Virus record (IMG/VR): IMGVR_UViG_2974791491_000001
Coordinates: 5,026 to 69,025 of that record
DNA: 64,000 bases
Direction: 5' to 3' (one strand)
Source: a virus
The position numbers and the translations under genes were made by a program. Positions within the stretch are counted from its first letter, which is position 1. Every line of letters starts with the position of its first letter. Positions 1 through 9,258 of this stretch are shown one piece after another. The notes under the pieces were generated by a model. The model had not been told where the DNA came from and did no database searches. It was given only the letters and a program-made list of their open reading frames with translations.

Positions 1-1397
1 CCATTGCGCTCGCCCTCACTGCTGGGCTTGAGCTAGACGAATGGCAGCAACACGTCCTCGAATGCAGCTTGCGCTTCAAGGAGGACGGACTCTTCGCCGC
101 CCCCGATATGACGCTCATCGTGCCCCGCCAGAACGGTAAGGGGTCGATCATTGAAGCCCGCGAACTAGCCGGCCTGTTCCTGCTCAAGGAGAAGGTCATC
201 GTTCACTCGGCTCACGAGTTCAAGACTGCTGTCGAAGGCCACATGCGGCTGACGGCGCTTATCGAGAACTCGGACTTTCTGCGTAAAGAGGGAAACCCGA
301 AGTCGACCAACTCTGGTGCGGCCGGGACCGTGGTCAAGCTCCAATCTGACAAGTACAAGCTTCCTGACGGCTCTTACCCGCGTGTTGTGTTCGCTGCTCG
401 TTCTAAGGGCTCGATCCGTGGGTTCACGGTTGACGCGCTGATTATGGACGAGGCTTACGAGCTTCCCGACGCGGCGCTCGACGCTATGACGCCGACAATG
501 GCTGCTGCCGACAACCCTCAAATGTGGTTCATCTCGTCTACGGGCATGGACGACAGTGAGGTTCTGCGCCGTAAGCGGAACAACGGCATGGCTAAGCTCG
601 ACGACCTCGGCTATTTCGAGTGGAAGGCTGATGACGACTGTGACCCGGCTGACCGGGACCAGTGGTACCAGTCCAACCCTGCTCTGGGCATTCGCCTCAA
701 GGAACACAAGGTTGCGCAGGAGTTTCGCACGCTGTCCCCTGTTGGGTTCGCGCGTGAACGTCTGGGCTTGTGGGCATCGAACGACATTGATGCTCTGATC
801 CCGGCTTCGTTGTGGAAGACGCTCAGCTACCAGGACCACGAGCTTGAGTCTGATGAGCCGGGTGTTGGTGAGCCTATCGGCCAGATTTCGGTGGCGGTCG
901 ACGTTGCCCCGGAGGGTGACTCTGCTGCTATCTATGTGGCCGGCCAGGACAAGCATGGCTTGTTCTGTGTTGAGCGGGCTGACTTCCTCGACGGTATTGC
1001 TTGGGTGCCTGATGCGCTCAAGTCGATCCAGGAGAAGCATAGTCCGAAGTCAATTGCTATCGACGTGACTAGTCCTGCCGGGTCTCTTGTCCCTGCACTA
1101 AACGACCTGGGTGTCGAGTACCAGCCGTTGACTTTGAACGACATTACTTCTGCTTGCCAACAATTCCTCACTCTTGTTATCGAGTCTCGTCTCCGTCATC
1201 GCCGTGTGGATGATGACCCGGAGTTGACGTCTGCTGTCGCTATGGGCATTAAACGTCCGATCGGCCATAAGGGTTCTTGGGCGTGGGCGCGGAAGGACAT
1301 TGCCGCGAACATATCCCCGCTCGTTGCCGCCACTTACGCCTTGTACGCATACCAGGCTTTGGAGGCTAAGCCTAAGCGGGTCGGAAAGGTGTTTTAA
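1..1397 (+). CDS. terminase large subunit (5' end cut by window edge)
   Basis: Frame of ORF 69..1397 stays open back to nt 1 (..LELDEWQQHVLECSL..). Walker-B-like LIMDEAYE, P-loop-like VPRQNGKGS. Sits immediately upstream of portal with an ATGA overlap. Confidence 0.7.
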   Translation, partial: IALALTAGLELDEWQQHVLECSLRFKEDGLFAAPDMTLIVPRQNGKGSIIEARELAGLFLLKEKVIVHSAHEFKTAVEGHMRLTALIENSDFLRKEGNPKSTNSGAAGTVVKLQSDKYKLPDGSYPRVVFAARSKGSIRGFTVDALIMDEAYELPDAALDAMTPTMAAADNPQMWFISSTGMDDSEVLRRKRNNGMAKLDDLGYFEWKADDDCDPADRDQWYQSNPALGIRLKEHKVAQEFRTLSPVGFARERLGLWASNDIDALIPASLWKTLSYQDHELESDEPGVGEPIGQISVAVDVAPEGDSAAIYVAGQDKHGLFCVERADFLDGIAWVPDALKSIQEKHSPKSIAIDVTSPAGSLVPALNDLGVEYQPLTLNDITSACQQFLTLVIESRLRHRRVDDDPELTSAVAMGIKRPIGHKGSWAWARKDIAANISPLVAATYALYAYQALEAKPKRVGKVF

Positions 1398-2893
1398 TGA
1401 GCCAAGTTCTTTTCCAGGACTACCGCCAGCCTCAGCAGTTGTTGCTTCTGCAAGAGGGGCCTGGGGTCCTTGTCGATGCTCGTGCGATTCTGGATCGCGC
1501 TAAGAAGATGTGGGCTGATGCCGAGACTGAAACGGCGCGCCTTGATCGGATTGACCAGTGGTATAAGGGCACGCAAGATCCTTACCAGATCCGGGGCGCT
1601 GCTGTTGAGATTAGGGAACTGAATGAACTTGCTCGGACGCCTTGGCTTGGGCTCGTTGTCACAACGATTGCACAGGCTATGTTCGTTGATGGCTATCGCT
1701 CCCCCGTTACCGGCCGCGATGTTCCCGGCCCTTGGAACTTGTGGAATGCCAACGGGATGGCGAAGCGTCAAATCCCCATTCACCGCGCCGCCCTGGGATA
1801 CGGGTACTCGTACCTTCTAGCAGAGCCGGGTATCTCGCCTATCACTGGTGAGCCTTCTGCCCGCATGCTTGGCATGTCACCTAAGCGCATGTTCGCGGTG
1901 TACAACGATCCTGCTGTTGATGACTGGCCGGTCTATGCGTTGCGCATTGATCGCGGCATCGACGGTCGGACGAACCTTTACCTGTATGACCGGCTGTATA
2001 AGCATTCGATCCGTCGGGTTGACCGTGAGTGGCATGTGACCGCTTCGGTTCCTCATGGTGCGAGTGTGTGCCCGGTTGTCCGGTACACCAACAACTTGGA
2101 TTTGGATGGGCATACGCCGGGTGAGGTTGAGCCGTTCATCGTTACCGCTTCGCGTGTCGATAAGTCGACGTTCGACCGGTTGCTGACTCAGCACTACAAC
2201 TCTTGGAAGAAGTTCTGGATTGCTGGTCTCGCCGACATTACGTCGGATGAAGAGGCCCGTCAGAAGAAGATGCAGATTCGCCAGGACGGTGTGCTTATCG
2301 CACCTGACCCGGACACTAAGTTCGGCACTGTCGATGAGACTAGCCTGGACGGCTTTGTTAACGCTATCGGCGCGGACATTGAGCATCTAGCGGCTATCTC
2401 TCAGCTCCCTAGTCACTTGTTGACTGGCCGGCTTATCAACCTGACTTCTGATGCGTTGTCCGCTGCTCGCGCTCCGCTTACCCAGAAGGTGTTCGAGCGT
2501 CAGGTTTCGTTTGGGCAGTCTCATGCTCAGGCGTTGCGGTTGGCGTCCTCGATCCAGGGTGACGAAACGGGCGCTTCCGACGTGTTGGCGCGCGTGACGT
2601 GGCAGGACATGGAGATCCGTTCGCTGGCTCAGGCTGCTGACGCTTTGGGCAAGATGGCCGTGCAGTTGGGTATTCCGCGTGTCGCTTTGTGGCGGATGAT
2701 TCCGGGTGTCACTCAGGACGATATCGACGAGTGGACCGAGCATCTGTTGGACGAGGATGCGGTGTCTGTGTATCTGCGTGGCTTGAATGCTACGGGCCAG
2801 TCTGATGGGCCGGGTGATCCGGCTAAGGACAGTCCGGAGGCTGATAGGGGCACTGCTGATCCGGAGAAGGATTCCGCGTCGGGTGATGCCTGA
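1397..2893 (+). CDS. portal protein
   Basis: 498 aa ORF directly after terminase (stop/start overlap). Size and position typical; acidic C-terminus. Confidence 0.65.
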   Translation: MSQVLFQDYRQPQQLLLLQEGPGVLVDARAILDRAKKMWADAETETARLDRIDQWYKGTQDPYQIRGAAVEIRELNELARTPWLGLVVTTIAQAMFVDGYRSPVTGRDVPGPWNLWNANGMAKRQIPIHRAALGYGYSYLLAEPGISPITGEPSARMLGMSPKRMFAVYNDPAVDDWPVYALRIDRGIDGRTNLYLYDRLYKHSIRRVDREWHVTASVPHGASVCPVVRYTNNLDLDGHTPGEVEPFIVTASRVDKSTFDRLLTQHYNSWKKFWIAGLADITSDEEARQKKMQIRQDGVLIAPDPDTKFGTVDETSLDGFVNAIGADIEHLAAISQLPSHLLTGRLINLTSDALSAARAPLTQKVFERQVSFGQSHAQALRLASSIQGDETGASDVLARVTWQDMEIRSLAQAADALGKMAVQLGIPRVALWRMIPGVTQDDIDEWTEHLLDEDAVSVYLRGLNATGQSDGPGDPAKDSPEADRGTADPEKDSASGDA

Positions 2894-3903
2894 TGGCCGA
2901 CGATCGTTCGTTGTGGGAGTTGCTGGCTGATTGGTTGATCGGCCGGCACTCTCGGAAGCAGGACGAGATTGCGGACACGGTTCGGAATGGTGTGATCCGC
3001 CAGTTCCGGACGCTCGACTTCAACGACCTGGACCGTACACAGATCCCGTGGGTTGAAGCGACTATGCCGTCTGTTCGGTGGGGCTATGAGCGCTCTCAGC
3101 AGGCGACGTCTTCGTTCTTGTCTGACTATCGGAAACTTCGGCTACAGGAGGATGGGGTTGATGAGCCTGAGCTTGATCCGTTCATCACTGCCCGTCAGGC
3201 TGACCGTCAAGGGGCGGTTAGTCGGTCTGTAGCCGCCCCGTTCAATGAGGGCAAGGCTGCGGCTCAGTTGCTCTCTACGGGGCCGGCTCGGGTCAAGCGG
3301 GCTATGCCCTCCCCCGAGTCCGACGCTATGGCTAAGGGCCTTAAGGGTGCTATCGGTTCGGCTATCCAGGTTGCGATGGATGGTGGCCGGGATCTGGTTG
3401 ACGCTGAGTCTCGCCGCGATGAGCGGGTGGTGGCTTGGCAGCGGATCACTGATGCTAACCCTTGCTATTTCTGTGCGTTGCTGGCCGCTAATGGGCCGGT
3501 TGAGAAGCGCACCATTTACCGCAACAACAAGGCTTGGAATGTGAATCGGCGCAATCTGTTGCCGTTCGCACCTAATGCTGCTTTTGAGGCGACTGGCGAA
3601 CCGGACAATATCGCTAAGGCCCATGACCATTGCCGGTGCACCTTGATTCCGGTCTATGGGGACAACTTCCACGTGTCCGAGGTAGCTAAAGAGGCTGCTG
3701 CTTTGTGGAAAGAGTCTTCTAAGGGGAAGCGTGTTTCTCCTAAGGAGGCTTTGAACAACTATCGGCGTGCTTATGACGCGCTGCGTAGGTCTAGTCCGTT
3801 GGGCAGTGAGCCCGTGGACGTGGACGTTGTCCGCACCGCACTTTCGGAGAGCGGGAATGCGGATCTTCGGGCTTGGGGCAATCGCCTTAAGCCTGCTTCT
3901 TGA
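2893..3903 (+). CDS. MuF-like head morphogenesis / minor capsid protein
   Basis: Position after portal (ATGA overlap), 336 aa, Cys/His cluster CYFC..HDHCRC. Domain family not verifiable here. Confidence 0.45.
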   Translation: MADDRSLWELLADWLIGRHSRKQDEIADTVRNGVIRQFRTLDFNDLDRTQIPWVEATMPSVRWGYERSQQATSSFLSDYRKLRLQEDGVDEPELDPFITARQADRQGAVSRSVAAPFNEGKAAAQLLSTGPARVKRAMPSPESDAMAKGLKGAIGSAIQVAMDGGRDLVDAESRRDERVVAWQRITDANPCYFCALLAANGPVEKRTIYRNNKAWNVNRRNLLPFAPNAAFEATGEPDNIAKAHDHCRCTLIPVYGDNFHVSEVAKEAAALWKESSKGKRVSPKEALNNYRRAYDALRRSSPLGSEPVDVDVVRTALSESGNADLRAWGNRLKPAS

Positions 3904-4598
3904 CCCTTTGTGGTCTTTCCGGCGCTCAGGTTGGGCGTCGCATGCTGACGAGCTACGGAGCTTTGATGACTAATCCTGTTACTCCTGTTGTGCCTGCTGA
4001 GATTGCCCCCGAGGGGTCTGCTGCTGCACCTGCACCGACTACGACTGTTACGCCTGCCGATCTTGCTGCTCAGGCGAACGCTGGCGGCGCTGCTGTTGTC
4101 GAGACCCCGGCCGCTGTGACCGAGTTTAAGGCGATTACCTCTCAAGAGGAATTTGATCGCCGTATTGGGCAGCGTATCGGACAGATTGAGGCGAAGTATC
4201 CGAATTACGACGAGCTTAAGGCTAAGGCCGAGAAGTACGACGATTCGGAGCGGGCCAAGTTGGGTGAGATTGAGCAGAAGGATCTCACTATTGGCGAGTT
4301 GCAGCAGAAGATTGCCGAGTTTGAGACTCGTGAACAGGAACGCCAGTTCAATGATCTTCGTACCGGTGTGGCCCGAGCTAAGGGTCTGCCGGAAGCTTTG
4401 GCAGCGCGTTTGACCGGCACCACGAAGGAAGAGCTTGAGGCTGACGCTGATTCGCTCTTGTCGTTGGTTCCTGCGCAGCCGGTAGCGGTTGCTACACAAA
4501 CCCCCGAGCCGGTTGGCGGCGGGGCTCCCCCGGTAGCGGGGACTAACGAATCTAAGGATGACGGGCTTGTTGAGCGCTTGATGCGCGAGGGCTTCTGA
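3900..4598 (+). CDS. scaffolding protein
   Basis: Ala/Glu/Gln-rich coiled-coil-like 232 aa protein immediately upstream of the major capsid gene. Confidence 0.5.
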   Translation: MTLCGLSGAQVGRRMLTSYGALMTNPVTPVVPAEIAPEGSAAAPAPTTTVTPADLAAQANAGGAAVVETPAAVTEFKAITSQEEFDRRIGQRIGQIEAKYPNYDELKAKAEKYDDSERAKLGEIEQKDLTIGELQQKIAEFETREQERQFNDLRTGVARAKGLPEALAARLTGTTKEELEADADSLLSLVPAQPVAVATQTPEPVGGGAPPVAGTNESKDDGLVERLMREGF

Positions 4599-4633
4599 TT
4601 CTTCCCTGTTTGTTTTCATAGATTGGATTCCCC

Positions 4634-5593
4634 ATGACTTTTAACGCAGTCAAGGTTGAGAAGCTTGCCAGTTACGGCTTGGAGCTGTTGCAGCGCCAGA
4701 TCGTTCTCCCGTCGCGGATTACCATTAAGAGTGGTGCCGAGTTCCAGGGTGCGCTTGGCGATGCCATCACTATCAAGATCGGTGCCCGCACCAAGGCTCG
4801 TCGGGCCAAGATCCGTCCCGCTACCGAAGCGGAACGTCAGATCCAGTTCTCGGATCTGAGTGAGCAGAAGACTCACGTCACTCTGACCGACCGTATCTAC
4901 TCGGCTGTTGGCCTTGAGGATGAAAAGGCGAAGTTGGACGTCGAGGACGTCTTCTCGCAGGTTGTTGCCCCTCAGGTCCGCGCTATTGCGGTCGACTACG
5001 AGAACCTGTTGGCGGAAGAGATTGCGGGTGCCCCGTACAAGCACGTTGTGCCTGTCGACCCGGATCACCCCTACGAGGCTTTCGTTGAGGCTAACCGTCT
5101 CTTGGGTCTGTCGTTCGTTCCGGACGAGAACCGCACCCTGTTGGTTGGTGCGAACTTCGAGGCTGCTCTTCGGAAGAGCCCGCAGTTCATTGCCGCGACC
5201 AGCGCTGGTGACGCTATCGCTTCGAGCCTGTTGGCGCGTGCGACCCTCGGCACCATCAACGGCTACACCGTTGTTAAGAGCTACGCTCTGCCGGCCAATG
5301 AGGCTTACATCATCCACAAGAGTGCGTTCAGCTCTGCGTGGTTGGCTCCTGTCGTCCCTGACGGCGCTAGCTGGGGTAAGTCGATTGGCTTGGGTGGCGA
5401 GACCGGCATTTCGCTGACCTGGTTGAAGGATTACGACTTCATGGTTGGCCGCGACCGTTCGCTCCTGCACTTCTACACCGGCGTCAACACCACGATTGAC
5501 GAGCCGGACGTGAATGCGGACAACGAGATTGTTGCTGCTGGTGGCTTCCTGCGTGCGGTGAAGCTGGTTCTGCCGGGTGACACGAGCGCCTGA
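4634..5593 (+). CDS. major capsid protein
   Basis: 319 aa ORF after scaffold, strong RBS context, typical size and position for an HK97-like capsid subunit. Confidence 0.65.
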   Translation: MTFNAVKVEKLASYGLELLQRQIVLPSRITIKSGAEFQGALGDAITIKIGARTKARRAKIRPATEAERQIQFSDLSEQKTHVTLTDRIYSAVGLEDEKAKLDVEDVFSQVVAPQVRAIAVDYENLLAEEIAGAPYKHVVPVDPDHPYEAFVEANRLLGLSFVPDENRTLLVGANFEAALRKSPQFIAATSAGDAIASSLLARATLGTINGYTVVKSYALPANEAYIIHKSAFSSAWLAPVVPDGASWGKSIGLGGETGISLTWLKDYDFMVGRDRSLLHFYTGVNTTIDEPDVNADNEIVAAGGFLRAVKLVLPGDTSA

Positions 5594-5615
5594 TCCTAAG
5601 CGACCTTAGGGGGTC

Positions 5616-6086
5616 TTGATGGGGGCTTTGGCTTCTGTTGATCGACTCTCGGCTCGTTTGGGTGTCACTTTAGCTCCCGGTAATCCTGACTATGTGCGGG
5701 CGGAAGAGGCATTGTGGTCCTCTTCCGTCCGCGCTAGGGGTATTGCGGAGCGCGAGTGGGAAGATCCGGCGACGGTCCCTGATGAGGTGCTTGACGTTGT
5801 GTTGTCGGCTGCTTTCAGGATCTTCAAAAACCCGGATCGGTTCCTCACTAACCAGGCCGGGACTTTCCAGGCAACGTTGGCGCAGTCAGATTTCGCTACT
5901 GGCGACATTTTCCTGCCTGCTGAGGTTGCGATTCTTGAGAAGCATCGGCCACAGGCTGCTTTGCGGGTGTTAAGCATCTACCGGGATGATCCCCGAGAGA
6001 AGCTGTGGCATTCGGAGCAGTTTGTTGCGGACGGCGGCGCTGGCGAACCGATGCTCGTGTACCGGCCCGACGAGGTTGGGTACTGA
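5616..6086 (+). CDS. head-to-tail connector / adaptor protein
   Basis: Position between capsid and tail genes; 156 aa. Confidence 0.4.
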   Translation: MMGALASVDRLSARLGVTLAPGNPDYVRAEEALWSSSVRARGIAEREWEDPATVPDEVLDVVLSAAFRIFKNPDRFLTNQAGTFQATLAQSDFATGDIFLPAEVAILEKHRPQAALRVLSIYRDDPREKLWHSEQFVADGGAGEPMLVYRPDEVGY

Positions 6087-6427
6087 TGCTTCTTTTCAAT
6101 ATCGCTGATGCGGAAACGATAACGATTCTGCGTAAGGGTGTCCGTGATTGGACGGGCGACCCGATTGATGAGAACTCGAAGGATTTCGATTTCTCGCACA
6201 AGATTTCTGGTGTTCTGGTCGATTACCAGACCACTACCTCGAATAAGTGGCTTACGGACGATTACACGGTGCGTGGTGTGCTGCATATGCCGGTGGGTTC
6301 GGACGTGTTGCCGACCGATCAGGTTGAGCTTGCGGATGGTACGCGGGTGGTTGTGGACGGTAAGCCGTTTAAGTCTGCTTTGGGCTTTGCGCGTGGCGTG
6401 TCTGTGAGGTTCAGGGGGGTGAACTGA
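6086..6427 (+). CDS. head-tail joining protein (start re-placed at ATG 6086)
   Basis: In-frame ATG overlapping the upstream stop (TGATG); the track start at 6005 would overlap the upstream gene by 80 nt. Confidence 0.35.
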   Translation: MLLFNIADAETITILRKGVRDWTGDPIDENSKDFDFSHKISGVLVDYQTTTSNKWLTDDYTVRGVLHMPVGSDVLPTDQVELADGTRVVVDGKPFKSALGFARGVSVRFRGVN

Positions 6428-6792
6428 TGGAGGTACGCCTTTATCCCGACCCTAATCCTGGGTTGGCTAAGTTCCTTCTTTCTGCCTCGTTGAATAAGGC
6501 TTTGGCTGGGGTTGCTGTTGAGGCTGCGGCCTTGTACATGGCTTTGGCCCCTAAGCGTTCGGGCCGGCTGGCGTCTTCGGCGACTCCGCGTGTGGTGTTG
6601 TCCGGTAAGCCGGAAGGCCCTGACCGTTGGGTTGCCTCTGTTCAGGTTAGAGCCCCGTATTCGGTGTGGAACGAGATGGGCGCTGGCCCCCGTAAGCATC
6701 CGAAGTCGACGGGCAAGGACCCCTGGTATGGCCCGTTTGAGGGCTCTTTCACCTTCAAGAAGGTGCTTGAGGGGATGAAGGGGAACGGTTAG
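6427..6792 (+). CDS. head-tail joining / tail terminator-like protein
   Basis: Synteny; ATGA overlap with previous gene. Confidence 0.3.
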   Translation: MEVRLYPDPNPGLAKFLLSASLNKALAGVAVEAAALYMALAPKRSGRLASSATPRVVLSGKPEGPDRWVASVQVRAPYSVWNEMGAGPRKHPKSTGKDPWYGPFEGSFTFKKVLEGMKGNG

Positions 6793-7280
6793 TGGCTATC
6801 GAGTTTCCGGACTGGTACAAGGGTGGTTTTCCTGACGCTGAGGCGGCAGTTAAGGCGATCCTTGATCCGTTCCTTAACCAGCTTAGCCCGATTCCGAGTG
6901 TGTGTGCTTGGCTGCCGGATGACTATGACAAGTATTTGCCTGTCGTGGCTATTCAGCGTGTCGGCGGAAAGATTTCGGATGACGGTTTGACCGACAACCC
7001 GCTGGTGTGGGTGTGGGTCATTTCTGAGCGGCGTCACGATTCGTGGCGGCTCATTGAATACATACGTCAGGTGATGAGGACGTATTGCAGGGGCGATCGG
7101 GTCGTCAATTCGGCCGGCGACGTGTTCCTGATTGAAAGCGTAAGCGAGGTCCAAGGGCCTGAGCTGACGCAAACCAACGTGCCAGACGAGCGTGTCATTC
7201 CCGTGGCGTTCGCACTTGAGACGAAGAAGTTTGCTTCGACTCCTGATTATGCACGCATTCGCGGGGAACTTTTTGATTGA
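6792..7280 (+). CDS. tail-completion-like protein
   Basis: Synteny only. Confidence 0.3.
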   Translation: MAIEFPDWYKGGFPDAEAAVKAILDPFLNQLSPIPSVCAWLPDDYDKYLPVVAIQRVGGKISDDGLTDNPLVWVWVISERRHDSWRLIEYIRQVMRTYCRGDRVVNSAGDVFLIESVSEVQGPELTQTNVPDERVIPVAFALETKKFASTPDYARIRGELFD

Positions 7281-7951
7281 GAGGGCCTGTTATGGCTGAT
7301 GGCATTAAGTCTTTGAAGGATAAGAATGACGGCTTGGTCGTCATGGCTCGTGATGCGGCTGTCATTGCGACTCCTTACGGTTTGGGAACTATCCCGACCA
7401 AGTTGACCGGTCCTGGTGGCAATCTGATTTCGCTGCCGTCCAACTGGGACACCTTTGGTGAGTTGGACCAGAAGACCGGTATCAAGATCACTCCGGACGT
7501 TAAGACTGCGGACGTCGAGGGTTATGGCTCGATGGGTCCGCGACGGACTGTCAAGACCGGCGAGTCGGTGACTCTGAACTTCGCTGCTCAGGAGTCGAAG
7601 AACCTGGTTCTGTCGGCGTTCTGGGATCTGGACCTGTCGGACACTGTTGCGGATAGCAATGGTGAGTGGCAGGCGAAGAAGAGCTACGCCTCGGATATGA
7701 AGCTGTGGAGCCTCATCCTGTTGGGTGCGGACCAGAACGAGTACGGAGATGTTTACCCGTACTGGATCTTCCCGAAGGTCATGGTTACCAAGACTGACGC
7801 TGTGTCCTTGGGCACTGACGCTGCTCTGGTTTACCCGTTCACCTTCCAGGCGTTCGAGGATGAGAACTTTGGCGGGTTCATGGCTATTGGTGCGGCTGGT
7901 CCGGGCCAGGCTGGCGTGAACGCTAAGGCCGGGTTCGCTGCGGGTTCCTGA
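7277..7951 (+). CDS. major tail protein
   Basis: 224 aa ORF just upstream of the chaperone pair and tape measure. Followed by a strong intrinsic terminator, consistent with a highly expressed structural gene. Confidence 0.6.
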   Translation: MRGPVMADGIKSLKDKNDGLVVMARDAAVIATPYGLGTIPTKLTGPGGNLISLPSNWDTFGELDQKTGIKITPDVKTADVEGYGSMGPRRTVKTGESVTLNFAAQESKNLVLSAFWDLDLSDTVADSNGEWQAKKSYASDMKLWSLILLGADQNEYGDVYPYWIFPKVMVTKTDAVSLGTDAALVYPFTFQAFEDENFGGFMAIGAAGPGQAGVNAKAGFAAGS

Positions 7952-7971
7952 TCTAAGCATTAACTAAGACT

Positions 7972-8027
7972 GCGGTCACTCGGAAGGGATTTCTTACCAC
8001 TTCTCTTCCGGGTGGCCGCTGTTTTTG
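7972..8027 (+). terminator. rho-independent terminator after major tail gene
   Basis: 15-bp stem GCGGTCACTCGGAAG / CTTCCGGGTGGCCGC (two G-U pairs), 18-nt loop, then TGTTTTTGTCTTCTC. Confidence 0.55.
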
Positions 8028-8061
8028 TCTTCTCTACACACTTTTCGGAGGTTTCCTACCC

Positions 8062-8352
8062 ATGTCCGCCCCCAATGAGTTCCTGTTTCATGAACTTAAG
8101 CAGGAAATTGGCATCCCCAAAGACATTCCCTTGACTGAGGACATTCTCCTGCGGTTCCCGACCCGCACTCAGATGCGTGAGTATGCGCTTGCGTCGACCG
8201 CTCAGGAGAAGAACCGTGCGATCTTCGGTGAACACTATGACGCGATCCAGGAGTTGTTCGATAAAGAACCTCCCCAGTTGTATTTGGCGTTTGTGAACCG
8301 GATTGAGACGCTGTGGTTCGGCAAGGGGGCTAACGAGGTTCCGGGAAAATAG
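8062..8352 (+). CDS. tail assembly chaperone (short product)
   Basis: 96 aa ORF between major tail gene and tape measure; ends ..GGGAAAATAG with a slippery heptamer. Confidence 0.6.
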   Translation: MSAPNEFLFHELKQEIGIPKDIPLTEDILLRFPTRTQMREYALASTAQEKNRAIFGEHYDAIQELFDKEPPQLYLAFVNRIETLWFGKGANEVPGK

Positions 8353-8819
8353 CTGGCCTGCTGGACATGATTGACCGCTACTGGCCTGAGTTGGAGTGGG
8401 ATTTTCAGACCCAGCTTGGTTTGCGGGCTATGGACTGGATTGCAGGCGAGAAGGATTGGCGTGAGTTTTACCGTCTTAAGTCCCGGTTTGGGATGGGGAC
8501 GGCGTATTTCAATGCGGTGGCTAATGATCCTGAGGTTGCCGCACAGTTGGCCGAAGAGATGGCCGCTAAGGGGCGTTCCGCTAATACTGCCCCGTCGTCT
8601 GAGGGCTGGTTCCCGTGGAAGGACGACGTTGCGGATCTTAAGGACCATTTGACAGCCATTAGGGGCGCGATTACTGGGGCTAAGGCCCATGAGTTGTCGT
8701 TTGTTGTGCGTCCTGAGTTTGAGTTTGACCGTATTCGACGGCGTAAGGCCGTTAAGAAGCTTCGTGCTGCACAGTCCATTCTGTTGCCGCACAAGAACAT
8801 CCAACTTTTGAACGATTGA
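8062..8819 (+). CDS. tail assembly chaperone, -1 frameshift fusion product (slip at 8343-8349)
   Basis: G GGA AAA heptamer (8343-8349) in the zero frame 1 nt before the TAG. The -1 frame is open from 8334 and runs to 8819 (ORF 8367..8819 lies in that frame). Confidence 0.5.
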
Positions 8820-9258
8820 GGTTTCCTGAAATGACCACCGTTGTTGTCGACGCTGCTACTGGTATCGCTAAGCCTGCCACCCTCATTGATGAGCTGTTGG
8901 CTGAGAAGCCCCAGCTTTTCCGTAAGGTCATCCAGTTCACTGACGATATCGCTATCCCGATTCCTACTCAGGAGCAGGCTAAGGCGATTCAGAAGGCTGA
9001 GAGCCCCGAGCAGATGGTTCGGCTGATGTTTGGTGACCAGTTCGATGCTGTTGAGAAGTACTGCGAGGGCCTGCCGGTTGGTGCCGGTGTTGTGGCTCTC
9101 GCAAAGCTGGTTGAAGCGATTAAGGATTCGCTCCCGGATATTGACCATGTGTTTGCCGAGTACGGCATTGATCGCAGTGAAGTTGAAGCGCAGTACAACG
9201 CGAAGTTGAACAAGGCTGAGTGACCCCGACTTGGGTCCAAGCGAGGGGGTAACCTGTT

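Noticed and set aside
5594-5615. Short hairpin CCTAAGcgacCTTAGG after the capsid gene as terminator
   Set aside because: Not followed by a U-tract and the next gene starts 20 nt later; more likely just an RBS spacer.
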